The notes beneath the pieces are model-generated. The model did not search any database. It was not told where the DNA came from and saw only the letters and a program-made list of their open reading frames with translations. 64,000 nucleotides of DNA from positions 1-64,000 of the forward strand of contig NMRA01000298.1 of the NCBI GenBank assembly GCA_002633005.1. Reading direction: 5' to 3'. The number at the start of each line of letters is the position of its first letter. The stretch's first letter is position 1. Made by a program: the position numbers and the translations under genes. This document shows, piece after piece, positions 11,416 to 24,950 of this stretch. This DNA comes from Phoronis australis (lineage: Eukaryota; Animalia; Phoronida).

Positions 11416-14400
11416 CTGTGGAAAGCATTGTCTCAATACAGTGCATGTATCTCAAATGCACGACCACGTATAAACCAGACAAAATGTGAAGGCCATGTCA
11501 CGGATTTCCTTGAGAGCTGTGTGATGGTAGTGGTTAACGCCCCGTTACCTGCATATTCAATTTCATTCTTTTTTATCACCACCTTTTTTGCCATGGGAAC
11601 AAGTTGCTTTTCTGCCAATTTCAAGACCTGTTACAGCCACATGTTGGGCTGGGACTTTTTGGAAACTTACCTTGAAAGCGAGAGGGCAAGATAAAAAATA
11701 CAACCATACCATTGAATTCATAAGTCTTTGGATTTTTTAGGTATGGAACTAAGTTGCGGAAACATCTTAGCTGTTTTTGAAAGCTATACATTTAGCTGTG
11801 ATTTTGAAATCGATGAAACTTATCCAAGCTCCTGCTTCTACACCTCAGCTGAAGCCTAACTTAAAATGGCCAAACAACATTCGGTATTTAGATTTATTTT
11901 ACATGTAGCTTTACAAACACATAAAAAGTACAGGTAATTGCACTTCCATCTTTATATTCTATCGGGCTCTCGAAGTAGGTTTCATTTACATCACTGCAAT
12001 CGCATGACTGGCCGATATCTCTATAGGAAGGTACATGTACATGTATGTGTGCAAGGTGATTCAAAAAAACCTTTGGCATCTTTATTATGGCACTTCAAAA
12101 GTAACGTATGAAATGCATATTCGAGAAGCATTCAAATAGTCTGGGTTGACAGAAAAGAAAGAGTGGCGTGACGAAGCGCAGCGTTTTTCTCCGTCTGAGA
12201 CGATAACGTGGCTTGGATTTGACTGTACTCAATTTTCTAAGAGCATTAAATGCAATTTTCTCAGTCAGATAAAATAGGAAAAAAGTTAATACAGGATTAG
12301 AAAGTTATCAAGTATAACTATCAATTGCCTTATTAATTATTTTCCTAGGAATGGAATTGCTCGTTTGTAGGCCTTGGCACCATAATACATTTTACATTAA
12401 AACTTTACAATGATAAAATGTAACTTCTTTTCACTGTTCCTCATTAATTGACCTATTGCCAGGACTTTGAGTGACGGTTTAGTGGGCCATTTATAACTCA
12501 TCATTCTTGACACACCTTCGTTTCCAAGCTGCCATTTTACAGGACAAAACCCCCGTTGACGAGTATAAATTATTGTTTGTTAGCCGACATTAAGCAAGGG
12601 GGTGGAGCTTGTGATAGGAGGTCAATTTCAGCTTTGAAATAGTCTAAGTACACTGGTATCATTTGTCATATATGTCTGGAAATTTCTGTGCATATCACCA
12701 ATCACGGGGATTTGAAACATAAAATTAATCTCGTTTCCAGCTTAACTAGTATAACATAGTGCACAGAATCTCTCATCCTCGGTTAAGATGTCGTGTAAAA
12801 ATCTTAACAATTAGGATTTAAACGTGTCAAGCAACTGCATACTCGTATTAAATAGGAAGGTAGGGGAGAAATTGATTAAACTAATATTTCTTTTTCATTT
12901 TTTGCACAATCAGTTATTTTGGCCTGACGCATCTCAATTCTGTGTACAATCAGAAGAGCTGAGGGCGGCAGTACCGTCTAGCACTTCTTTGGACATTTCC
13001 ACTGGCATACCAAATTAAAACTTCTGTTTAGAATTTTAATACTATGTTTTCTTTTTTTTGGTCTCCATCTGCTTCCAAATTGAGCTTGATGTTCGCACAA
13101 TGAATTCTGGGACCAAATTATGGTAGCCACAGGCGTCCTCAGCTTCTGATAGTCCACAATTCACTATAAATATAAGAAGGTAAAACACTCGGGACTAGAA
13201 ATTCAACGGCCGATTCACTTCAGCGGCCCATATCAAACACAAAACTCCATAAATTTACGCAAAATCGGGTTTCAACAAACCACGAACATTTGTTCCGTCT
13301 TCTATTATCATTTACGGCGTCCTGTTGCACCGAGTTCGCAACAAATTCGAAGTCAAAGCACAAAAATCTTCCTAAAAAGCAGATGCATACTATTTTCTCC
13401 AACAGAAACTGCCGATTTGTCTCCGAAAGTCAAGGAATCGATAACTCCTCGGAAAAAACGCTAACAGGACTATTCACTTTGGCCGCCGCCATCATTGTGT
13501 TTGGACCGTGGCGACACCTGGTGGCTGTGTGTGCGCCGACAAAGTACGAGAGAAGTCAACTGACGGCTACTGTTAGTAAAAAAGCAACGGTACTTTTTGC
13601 AATGCCCACGGCTGTGACAACAATTACTTGAAAATCCGTGACTTATATTTTTCGCTTCCTCAGGGATTAAGATAGAGGATGTCCACGATTTAAAGGAAGA
13701 ATGTTTTTGCCAATCAGCCTGGGTGATTGGATTTAAATGTATTTACTGTTCTCTGCATTTGATCGCTTGTGTAGCAAATTATATTAAATGATTTGTATGA
13801 TTTTGGGAACCACTGAGTAGTTCATTCTAATACCCATTGATTCTTTTAATTACTTTCTTTCATTTCTTTTGACTTAATACATTAAGATTTAAAAAACATA
13901 TTTATCATTATCATTTATTTACTAAATTTATTATTTGTATATCATTATATGTTTGTTTTTATCTATACTTTAATATTTATTTATTTCGATTTATTCACCA
14001 TTAGTTATATATTCTTAGTTACTTTTTATTTATTTGCATTGACTTATTTAAATTATTTCTTGTTATCCGATGATACATTCAACATCATGGCTGCCATTGA
14101 TCAATAATCAATATTAACTTCATATTGAAAATGACGTTCTCATTCAAGTCTCAAAAACAAAATACTGTAATGCTCTGTAACCTCCGACAACCCACAGAAG
14201 TTTGGAAAGGAATTTGAAAACTCTTTGCAAAGTTTTCTAAACGGGCAAGCTTGACTTACATGTACGCTATTAGTGAAGTGTTCGGCAACTTTGGTTAAAG
14301 ACCACCCATCAAGAAGCACAATATCCAATCTGTGCCATAGGGATGATTAGACCTCCTGCGTTTCTCTTTCCAGCTTGACGCTAATGACCGCGTAATCAAG

Positions 14401-14509
14401 ACAGTTGTTAGTATCATTTTAAACAACTTAGATAGAGGGAAACAGGACGCAGTATCTTTCAACAATGTTGATTTTCATTAAAAGTATGGTCTGGTAGACT
14501 TTATACAGG

Positions 14510-14708
14510 ACTTGCGCAGTCCCCTTGTGTGGTCCCATTGCAGTGATCACCTGGAGCCATGCTTATGCTTTATCAATATTTAGTTAAAACCGTGCCAAAG
14601 AACTAGAGACCTCGCTCAATGATCTAACAGTGTGCCCCAGCTGGACTCGAACTCACGACTTTGAATAAAGGAAGCGGACCCCTATCCCACTAGGCCACAC
14701 TGACTTCT
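14510..14708 (-). mobile_element. tRNA-derived SINE
   Basis: The minus strand has an A-box (gtggcctagtgg) and B-box (gttcgagtcc) followed by a body shared with 55200-55400. Confidence 0.7.
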
Positions 14709-14913
14709 CTTTGATTTCCCTTGTTCTGCAGGATGTTTTAAAGACATGATTCCGGGATTCCCTGGTCTTAAGCATTCACATTTCATAACGGGACTTTTCA
14801 CACTTTGAGAAATTGCAGGAGAAAGCAACTAACGTTGGCAGCCACATAGCTCTGTATGCTATAAGGACATACCACATGACTGTTACGCGGCAACAAGGAC
14901 ACCTGCCACTCAC

Positions 14914-15069
14914 CGAAAGATCGCCTCACATCATTTTCTTCTATAGTCATGGACAGACCGTTGCCGACCCAACCTGTGTAAGCATTCCCCAAACCATATG
15001 CACTGCATGCACCGACATGGAACGAGACCACAATGTCGCCAGATTTTGGTAAATCACACATACCATCAA
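14914..15069 (-). CDS. CTHRC1-like repeat 1, last exon
   Basis: caatttcag|...G|gtgagt. Translates (V)DGMCDLPKSGDIVVSFHVGACSAYGLGNAYTGWVGNGLSMTIEENDVRRSF (cf. CTHRC1 [43 protein letters not shown]). Confidence 0.9.
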
Positions 15070-15227
15070 CTGAAATTGTGAAAGCAGATTGATACGTGAT
15101 GTAGATTGTAAAATACGTAAGGGTGGCTGGAATGGGATTGTTGTCTCACCGGCCAATCTGCTACAGCTCCCAACAACAATCGATCCAATATCATTTCAAT
15201 AGCAGCACGTGTAAACATACAACTCAC

Positions 15228-15426
15228 CAATGGCAGGGCGAAAATCATCCCTTGCTTTCCCTTTGTACCAGATTATCTCAATCTTCCCTGGCGAGGAGCA
15301 TTCTTGGTCGTTGAAAGTGAAGTACCAGCGATTGCAGCAACCACTGCAGTCGTACCCAGCACGAACTATACCTCGGAAACGCACCCTCAGTGAAGTGAAA
15401 GAGTATTGCTTTTTGAAAGTTTTTGT
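15228..15426 (-). CDS. CTHRC1-like repeat 1, core exon
   Basis: gtgtttcag|...G|gtgagt. Translates TKTFKKQYSFTSLRVRFRGIVRAGYDCSGCCNRWYFTFNDQECSSPGKIEIIWYKGKARDDFRPAI, containing the hallmark CCxRWYFTFNxxEC. Confidence 0.92.
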
Positions 15427-16099
15427 CTGAAACACAGAGCAAGTAGGTGTTCTGAGGGGATCCAACAGCGTTAACCCCGGTTTAGCTACTTTCTGGAAGT
15501 TCCCAGGGGATATCCGACTATAGTTTGACAAAGAGTGCAGCTACAAAATTAGTATGCTCCTCCACTTAAAAAATGACCCACTTTTTGGGAGCTCCATCTC
15601 AAGGATGATGGGGTTTTATTATCGAAAGATCAATCTTTTGTTATCTACGTGTATTTCCGGACTACATCGAAATTCGGCGACACAGCCGAGACTAAATTGC
15701 CAATTATGTTCTACTACAATCCATTTCAATTGTAGTGAAGCTTGGCAAAGCCGTAGGGAGCCATGGTATCTCCTGGAAATTCTTAAAATTGGCGATCCCA
15801 GCATTCATTTTTGTTAGTTGCCTCGCACAATAAGATTTTTTATGCTGTGAACAACCGTCTTAATGGAATGAAGGTGTATTAGCACCTACTTTCAAATCTG
15901 GTGGTAAAGATGACCCGATTTTTAACCTGGAACAATGCTTTTGAAAGTGGCGGGAAAGATCTTCGCACGTGTGTTATGCAACAGGGTGAATACCTCGGCA
16001 AAGGAGTGGAGGGTTTTGGGTGAGGCGCAGGCGGGGTTTTGCAAAGGTACTCGACTACTGATGACTTGTCTATTCTTAATACTCTAGATTCAAAATACA

Positions 16100-17600
16100 T
16101 TAGTAAACTCCGAAGGCGGTTTTAATGCCTTTTTTCGATTTCCAGAAGGCACCATGAGTGGAGAGAAGGATTGAATTATAGACTCATTCGTTTTTGTATC
16201 AATGGTACAATGTATAAGGCATTGAAAATTGTGCATGGAAATGTGAAAACATGTGTCCCGATTGGTGAAACGGGATTTGAAACTCACATTTTTTTTCGCA
16301 AATAAGGAGTTCGGCAGATTTGCCGCTGACATCTTTTTATTTTCTATGTTTTTGAATGACCTAGAAAACGACTTCAAAATGTCACTGGACCATGTTTCAG
16401 AGTAAGACATCTCAATTTGTATATGTTTGCTGATGATCTGCTTCTATTTGCTGAAACAGCTGTGGCTATGCAAAGTCTAATTGGAAAACTAAAAGATTAC
16501 TGCAGCAGGTGGAAATTGCGCGTAAACATGTCTAAGACAAACACTTAGAAAGGGTTTTTAGAAATAGTGGATAATTCAAGATATTCGGTGAAAAAAATTG
16601 ACTTGGATTCTGAATACAACTATTTAGGCGTAACATTCTCTATCAAGTGTGTCTTCACAAGACAGAAAAAATCACATACTATAAAACATCAAAAGCAATA
16701 TTTGTTTTGAAAAGTAACATGAAAAAATTGCCAACAAGCCGGTGTCATTATGGTGGAAATTATTTGACTCTAAAATTTTGCCAATTTTGTTACATGGCTC
16801 AGAAACATGGTGTTTCTAAGAAGCCATTTCCATAGCAACGGTTCATAGTAAGTTTACAACTTGGTCCGAATGTCTCAAATGCCGGTGCTAGATGTGAACA
16901 TGGAAGAATAATTATAAAAGTATTGATGTTGAGCAGAGTAATTTAGTACTGCTTTAGAGTTATCATAGATGCACTAAAATATGTTGTGATGTACAGTGTG
17001 AAATGGCTGAATTTAATAGACATTGTTGGGTATTAAATGTAAAGAAAATTCTGTTCTAATATTGTTTTGAAAACGTCTGGGTGAAGCAATGCGTAAAAGA
17101 TATGTATAATTTTATTAATGAATTTAAGCAACAATGTATTGACATTGTCATTTGACATGCAACACTGGGAAGATAAAATTTCCTCATTGTCGTTAGATGT
17201 GTATAAACTTGTTAAAACTGATTTCTCGACGCAAGATTATATATGGCATTTTGATATTGTTTAAGATGCGCTTTAGCTACATGTAGGCTTAGATGTTGTA
17301 GCCATTGTCTTATGAGTGTTAAAGGGAGACACATGGGTGTTGCGCGTTAAAGAGAATGTGCCCGTGCTGCAGTATAAATTGCATTGAAACAGAACACCAA
17401 TTTTGTTGGCCTGCCCATTATATGACGAAGTTAGAAACAAATCTATTAGTATTATATCAACAAGTATTGTCCTTTTCCAGAGATTCTTACAGTCAGAAGA
17501 CGCGAGGACTTTCAAACATGTAGCCAAGTTTATCAAGCTGTACATGCAGAAACTCAAAGAAAACGATTTTTAAGTGATGTGCAAATGTAAACCTGCTGTC
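16100..17600 (+). mobile_element. Decayed non-LTR retrotransposon (RT, RTE-X-like), intronic
   Basis: Fragmentary frames read FSMFLNDLE and LYMFADDLLLFAETAVAMQSLIGKLKDYCSRWKLRVNMSKT, with a C-terminal CPLYDEVRN. Many stops and frameshifts. Confidence 0.85.
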
Positions 17601-17882
17601 TTTGTTAATTTGTAATGTGCGCAGGTGCTTGTTTACTATGATAAACTCATAGACATACATGAACACACATACAAACACACACACATGCACGCAATACCTG
17701 AAACTAAGCGTTCCTGCTCTCACATCAAATTTGACGATGAACAAATTTAGTTCTTTGTTAAATAGAGACGAATGACATGAAGAACAGTTCCATCAATCAA
17801 ACTTGATTTTTTGACAGGAAGCACGCTTTCAGAATTGTGGCAATGAATGAGGTCACGTATTGGTAAACATCCAAACACTTAC

Positions 17883-17977
17883 CAATAAAGCTGAGCTGTC
17901 GTTATCAGAAGTGTAGTTTTTGTAGTAGTAATGTCTGATGTTAGCAACAGGAACTTCGTCACATTCTTTATATGGCG
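17883..17977 (-). CDS. CTHRC1-like repeat 1, lead-in exon
   Basis: ttttctcctcaaacacag|...TTG|gtaagt. Translates PYKECDEVPVANIRHYYYKNYTSDNDSSALL; same phases (1 in, 0 out) and motif pattern as exon 10157-10239. Confidence 0.75.
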
Positions 17978-18637
17978 CTGTGTTTGAGGAGAAAACGTTA
18001 ATTTTGGACGTTGGTTTAGTTAATACTAATGACTTGGGAATATCAAGATAATTCTAAATGTAAGCATGTGATCAAATAGGTTTGATAACATTGATAAAAA
18101 CTTGTCTTCTGGTATAGTAATGCCTAAGATACTTAACATCGCCTCCTGCTGTCCATTGAATTCTTCTACTTTAAGAAGAGGATGGTTCATAACAACGTTT
18201 CCTTTTATCCTAGAAAGGTCTGACACTTTGATGATTCGAAAGGCACATATACATGTACATCGGTCAATATCACACAACAGATCTTTGTACTGTTTCGAAA
18301 GGTGTGAGACCTAGTTAGCTCATGTGCTTCATTCATAGTGCATTGTCATATAGTGCGAAGAATGTAGATTTGCGCGGTCTTGCCATACTCGCATAAAACT
18401 AGCCTCACGCCCCGCAGTAATTAATAACAATGGTACAGTATAATGAACTAGTAGATACACGTACGTGCATATTCTCTGAGACTTTGGACATTGTTGATGA
18501 GAGCTCTCAAGTCCTTTTTTCAGAAATGCATGTAGTTGGTTGGAGTGAAAGTCAAACTTTGTGAAACACTCTCGCCAGGACATGAAAGTCATACTAGAGA
18601 TTGCAGACTTCTTTATCCCGGCGAAAACCATGCTCAC

Positions 18638-18746
18638 CGTAGTATGTTTTGCAGAAATTACACACGTGAAAAGCCAGTTTTGCGGAGGGGGTTCTTTTCA
18701 AATGTACCATACTTGTACCAGTGAGTTTTCTACGGTGGGTTTTCAG
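18638..18746 (-). CDS. Candidate linker exon of the same gene
   Basis: ttccgcttacaacag|...G|gtgagc. Only the phase-0 frame is open (LKTHRRKLTGTSMVHLKRTPSAKLAFHVCNFCKTYY), and phase 0 to 1 is what is needed to bridge the PAN exon to 17977. No domain recognised. Confidence 0.3.
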
Positions 18747-19788
18747 CTGTTGTAAGCGGAATATATGAAAATTTAACATTGATTTAGGCAAAATCTTGGA
18801 TAAGTCGGAGAAAATACAAAATATCAGGCAGCTCGTTATCCAATGGCAAAACCAAGGGAAATATGCATATCCATTATCGACGGCAAATTTACAAGAGGTG
18901 AGATCAATAAGTTAAAATCATAACCCAACTGTTCATGACTTGGTACATGTACATGCAGGTATTCTCTTGTGCACGACAGTATCATAACAATATGTGGCTG
19001 AATCACAGATGAATGTTTGAAACAACAAAACATAGAACATTGGCAAGAATCGTGAATAAAAGTACTAGATTAGCAGCTTTGTACACCTCTAGTGAGGGGC
19101 ACAATACATGTAAGAGGTGTTAATAAGGGTGACGATTTGTCGCGCTAGTGCCCTCCACGCCCATATCTTCAGGTTTAACTGTTTATTTACAACCGCATTT
19201 TTAAATACAGTAGATTATAATGGTGAAATTAATAAACAGCAATTGATCATCAAATTCCTTTTGTTAAAGAACGTTCTATGTGGATGAAAGTTAGCCATCC
19301 GTCAGACTAGCCATTGCGACCCGGCTCGCGTTCTCATGGTGATGACCACGGAATCTTCTCTTAAACACAAGACATTCACTAAGAATTAAAATCACGCACG
19401 TCTTCGCAGTATATTTCCATTTACACCACACTTTTAGCTTGGCATGAGCAATACAAGAGTTAAATAACACATTAACTTATTCGCGCTAAATAACATGTTG
19501 GCGGGTTTGATCCCGCTTCGCCAGAGTTTCGAGTCGTGGACTTAAGCACGGATGTCATCGAACATGAAAATAGATGAATTTTTAATACATCGTTACATTT
19601 AAAAGTGTTTCTTACACTAAAAAATTGCAACCTAACATGCAAGTACATACATAGGATGTGATCCGTCACGTGAACAGTCTACTGAATGAATGAAATATAC
19701 TTAGGAATTAAACGCTTATGTGATAGATACAAAACGTAGATGAAGTAATATCCTACTCGACATTATTCCGCATATCGACCTCTACTAT

Positions 19789-22700
19789 TAGTCGGTGGGC
19801 CAGATCTCATAGCGTTCATCCTTGTGAGTACTTTGGGGGGCAACCTAGTTTTTTTCTATGTGTCTAGATAATATACCTATAAATCAAATTCCAAAAAGTT
19901 CCCACGTCTATACTTGCACATTTTTTTAAAAAAAGGTGTTTTGTTGCACAAAATATAATGCACATTCCTGCCACTTGATGGCGCTTGTCTATTGAATTGA
20001 CCAACCAGAGAGCCAGACTGTATTGTTGTGCTTAGTTAATTCAATGTGGCTGCTCCCATGGAGTGTGATGCCTGTATAATTCAAGGTTTATCAAACAGCA
20101 CAAAATAGTGATGTCACAGCCTAAAGAAGGTTAGGAAAGCTTCCTGGCGAAAGCTGATTGACTTTGGAACTCTGTAGATCAGTAGATCAAAAATAAGAAG
20201 AGGTGTCACAAACGTTTGTGCAGAAAACAGCTGCATGTCCTGGTAGCCTACACAGTCACAGTACACTGCTGAGTGCTGTAGACTAGAAGACCAAGGGTCA
20301 GGCCAAAAAATTGAAAGGACATAGAACGGCCTAGCAACGTTTCAAGGCACCAACAGTAGTACTAAAGCTGAAGTTGGTGAAAGTGATACAGATGTTATCC
20401 AAGATTTCACAAGAAAATCGATTACACTTCCAAAATCTGAAACACCCAATTAACCCGAACAAGATAGGAACATTCTGAAACACGAGTGCATCATTTCTTA
20501 GCAGGAAAAGTACATTATGGGCCACATTTCAAGAAAGAGAAAGAAGTATAGCTTTCAAAAACAGGTACGTGTTTTTGAAAAATACATCTTGGTTTTTCCA
20601 TGTGTGTTTCAGTACTATCACCAGTTGTTTTTTAACTTGTTCAGCCCCTTGGCTGCCTAGCCCTTAGACAATACTGCTGACCCAGTAGAGACGATGATCA
20701 TATCATAGGTACTCCATATGCCAGATACTTTTCGGCAAGTTATGTTCCTATTAAGTTTAGAAGTAACGCGGAGAGAGATGCCTCTGAGGAGGTTGTTGAT
20801 GTTTTCATTTGTTCCCAGTTTAAACAAATACTCCTGCAATCCTGTTTTTCGAACACTCCATTCAGTTGCCACATCGACACTGCTTGCGCTAAGGGATAAT
20901 CCTATGGCGTTATACTGTGGGTGTGATTTTAAAGCACTTTAAGTCAAAAAATTTTGAGAAGGTTAAATGGAGTAGATGGTTGCAAACAACATGCCCAAGT
21001 GGTTGTCATCCCCTGTCGTAGTCTCAATTTTTTGTAAACATTAATTACTTAGGTAGCTGCAATCATAATTAAATTAAAGTGCTAAGTTGCCATCGTCTCC
21101 GTCGAAATTTGAGGACGATGGAAGCCACTGTCCATTTTGTCAAATGTTGATTACCTATGGTTTGAGCATCTGATTTAAAAAAATTAAATTTCAATCACTG
21201 CACTGGTATATCAGCTGATTTATTTTTAGTTGCATCAACTGATCTAATTATTAGACGGCCAACATTATTAGGCTTTATATCAGACGGCATGTAAAATTGT
21301 TAGGCTGGTGGTGGATCAGTTCCTGATAAGTCCGTCTGAAAAGGTTGCATGCCAACTCACTCATAGTTGAATGTTAAATTAGTGTTAACAGTTCGGGTTT
21401 TTTTCAGTTGGACTTGTATCGCAAGCAACAGCTCAATCCAGAGCCCTGAATATGCAAATGAAATTCAAAGATAAAACCTTGTGTCCTAGAAGCCAAGTGC
21501 CACAGATCATCATGATATAAAAAATAGAAAAAAAAAACGATTGTGAAGAGTGACGAATTCACAGTTTTCAGACTGAGATGTTTTTCTACAGTTTTGTTTG
21601 GAGTTCATTGAATCGAAGCTTCTAACACAAGGAGATGTCATTTGTCTTTTTCAAAACTAAAGCAAGACTTTGAAGCTGTTCTTCAGAAAGCTGGTGTGCA
21701 TGAAGTTATTTGGACAGGAAATCTTAAGAAATATTGTTGAAGCTACTCACTGTTGTAGTTTTTGCCCCACTAAGAGATACGAAAGTGAATTGAGGCTAGT
21801 GTTCAATAATTCACGTGCTGACTCTAATTAACACAGCCCATTATAACATATATTTTGAATCCAACGTTTGCCCAAATAATGCCTGCCTCCAAACAAGGAC
21901 TTAGTGTTTGACCCTTCATTGCCTGCGGGCTAATCACCAGTTTGCAGTGCTGTACCCTCTCTAATCGACCATAGTTGGCTCCTTAGCGGTGGAGCTTTGC
22001 AGTTAATATGTATGGCAATGACCGCATCTCCATTGACAGTACAAAACAATGAACGCTGCAAGTGCAAAAAGAACATGTGTGCTGGGAAACTGAGTTTGTG
22101 CTGCAATGCTGGGTCAAACTGTACAGAAATGTGCAGCTGTGACAACTGTAGTAACATCAGCAACACTGACTGCATAACATTGGATAGTTCTTTGACAAGT
22201 CAACCCTAAAGAAACCTCCAACCCCGTTATTTCCTTTTTTGTATTAAAAAATTAATTTTATTTGTTGATTAAGTCATAGAAAGTACATACTTTGATCATT
22301 GCCATGTATTTGTCTCATACTGCTTGATAAACGCTGTCAGAATAATCTCTATTATTTTCATACAGTCTTTGGCACATTCACAGAGATCATTCAGCTATAT
22401 TGTTTTTATACTATAACGTATTTCTGATGTATTATCCAAACAAGCTGTATTTTGCACCATTAGTCAATGTTTTAGCCATTGAGGCACAAATTTTGCCCAG
22501 TCTCAAGTGTTTTGTGTTATTTTTGTTGCCTGACAATGCCAGAATAACTTCCTAGTAACCTTCAGACTTAGTTTGCATTTTTGCCACTAGGTGTCTCTTT
22601 ACATTTTTTAAATTTCACTGTTTACAATTTATTTACAATAGTAAAACATGTAATGTGAGTGTTATATTGTTCAATACAATGTCACTGATGGGACTATATT

Positions 22701-22936
22701 ATTTGTTTCACCAAAACTGTTGTTTTTACAAATATAAGTTTACTAAGCTCTTTGGTGATTATTAGGTAACTTCAAACTCAAATTTCTCAAAAATGTGCAA
22801 CTTTATATGTGGGAACTTTTTAAATTTTGGAAACACTCTAATAAATGAATTAAAAAACACCAAAATAAAATTGCCCCCCTAAAGTACTCACAAAAACCAT
22901 TTTCTAGAGGCCCTACAAAATCTGGCCCACCGACTA
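19789..22936 (+). mobile_element. Academ-superfamily DNA transposon, internally deleted and decayed
   Basis: Perfect 17-bp TIR tagtcggtgggccagat...atctggcccaccgacta, plus an inner inverted block gtgagtactttggggggcaa / ttgccccctaaagtactcac. 3-bp TSD tat on both sides. Residual coding at 21880-22170: LPP...LHCLRANHQ...PSLIDHSW and the Cys8 finger CKCKKNMC...CCNAGSNCTEMCSCDNCSN. Confidence 0.85.
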
Positions 22937-24196
22937 TATCGATCTCGATCGATACGCGGAGAGTCTCGTGGGATATTACTTCATCTACGCCACTCTCTGT
23001 ACGTTTTGTGTATATCTACGCCACTCTCAGTACGTTTTGTTTTTATATGTATTACAAGAAAAGCATGTAATTCAGCCAGTTTCTTTCGCGAATGTCTTAC
23101 ACCTACTCATAGAGCTCCAATATGCCAACTCCTGCACGCGACCTGTGCATTCTATTATTAGAGCTTGCAACCCCGCATCAATGTTCTCAATGAGATTTCG
23201 GCTGCCTGCTAAACTGAGTTTTGATGGAGAATTGTAGTTATCAAATCAAGCCTAATTTCATTGCTTCCGGTTCCTTGTGTTTCTATTGTTTTTCAAGGAA
23301 AACCTCTTAGGGTGCGGTCCTATTCATGAAGCGATTTTTCTACAAATTCAGTAAAAACTCGCCGATTACACTGGTCATTCTTAAATGACAACGCCAACGC
23401 CAAACCAACCTATTTTGTATCAAATTATAACGAGTAGTTGCACTCCACAACCGCAACTTCAGATTTTTTACCTGACAGCTGATTGCAGACAGAGTGTTGA
23501 AATTAACCAAAGACGTCACCGATCCGAACACAGTCTGTTCAGCAGTTCACAACACGCTTACTGTTGTCAGCTTATCGCTAAAATTCAGCCCTTTACACCA
23601 ATAAATCACCAAAATTTGGATGCAAAACCCTTAAAAACACATCGAGTTCTTAAACGAACGTACCGGTATTGTTAAATTTCGCTGTTACGGATTTATAGGT
23701 AAATTGTTATTGAACGTACTGTCGCGTCCTGACTGAAGAGATCACGAACATAAACCAGCCAAAGTTGGAAACTAAATTTCCAGTCACGAAAAGACAATAC
23801 TAGTGAGCCAATAAATAATGTGCACGGGAATATTTTGGTGAATTAGCCCCGAAACTTCAAATCTACTTACTCGTCGGGGGCCGCTTAGTCAGGTTCCCCT
23901 TCCACAGAACCGTCAGGGGAAAGTTGTACAGAAACAATGATTCGAATAATGTAAATGTATAGCTAAATAAAGATTCCCCTAATATCTGACCATAGCACAT
24001 AATATCGGGCTCTTGTTTCACAACAGGTTTCTGTCAGCAATCACTGAATTAGCATGCACTCACCGCGTACGACTTCGGTGCCCGGTCAATAAGCTGTATT
24101 GCATCTAAAGCCGGTAACGCTGGCTTTTCAAAACATTTGAACTCACCAACAATCCAAAGGCATTACAAATTGCGTCTAATGCGACAGCCTTTGACA

Positions 24197-24950
24197 NNNN
24201 NNNNNNNNNNNNNNNNNNNNNNNNNNNNNNNNNNNNNNNNNNNNNNNNNNNNNNNNNNNNNNNNNNNNNNNNNNNNNNNNNNNNNNNNNNNNNNNNNNNN
24301 NNNNNNNNNNNNNNNNNNNNNNNNNNNNNNNNNNNNNNNNNNNNNNNNNNNNNNNNNNNNNNNNNNNNNNNNNNNNNNNNNNNNNNNNNNNNNNNNNNNN
24401 NNNNNNNNNNNNNNNNNNNNNNNNNNNNNNNNNNNNNNNNNNNNNNNNNNNNNNNNNNNNNNNNNNNNNNNNNNNNNNNNNNNNNNNNNNNNNNNNNNNN
24501 NNNNNNNNNNNNNNNNNNNNNNNNNNNNNNNNNNNNNNNNNNNNNNNNNNNNNNNNNNNNNNNNNNNNNNNNNNNNNNNNNNNNNNNNNNNNNNNNNNNN
24601 NNNNNNNNNNNNNNNNNNNNNNNNNNNNNNNNNNNNNNNNNNNNNNNNNNNNNNNNNNNNNNNNNNNNNNNNNNNNNNNNNNNNNNNNNNNNNNNNNNNN
24701 NNNNNNNNNNNNNNNNNNNNNNNNNNNNNNNNNNNNNNNNNNNNNNNNNNNNNNNNNNNNNNNNNNNNNNNNNNNNNNNNNNNNNNNNNNNNNNNNNNNN
24801 NNNNNNNNNNNNNNNNNNNNNNNNNNNNNNNNNNNNNNNNNNNNNNNNNNNNNNNNNNNNNNNNNNNNNNNNNNNNNNNNNNNNNNNNNNNNNNNNNNNN
24901 NNNNNNNNNNNNNNNNNNNNNNNNNNNNNNNNNNNNNNNNNNNNNNNNNN
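24197..24950. other. Assembly gap (754 N)
   Basis: Run of n. Confidence 1.

Noticed and set aside
13060-13164. Phase-1 acceptor with an open frame (NCGLSEAEDACGYHN...) between CTHRC1 repeat 1 and FN2
   Set aside because: No donor before the stop and no recognisable domain; the model is in frame without it.
14630-14705. Possible tRNA gene (also 55330-55395)
   Set aside because: A and B boxes are present but there is no good cloverleaf, and both copies continue into a shared SINE body.
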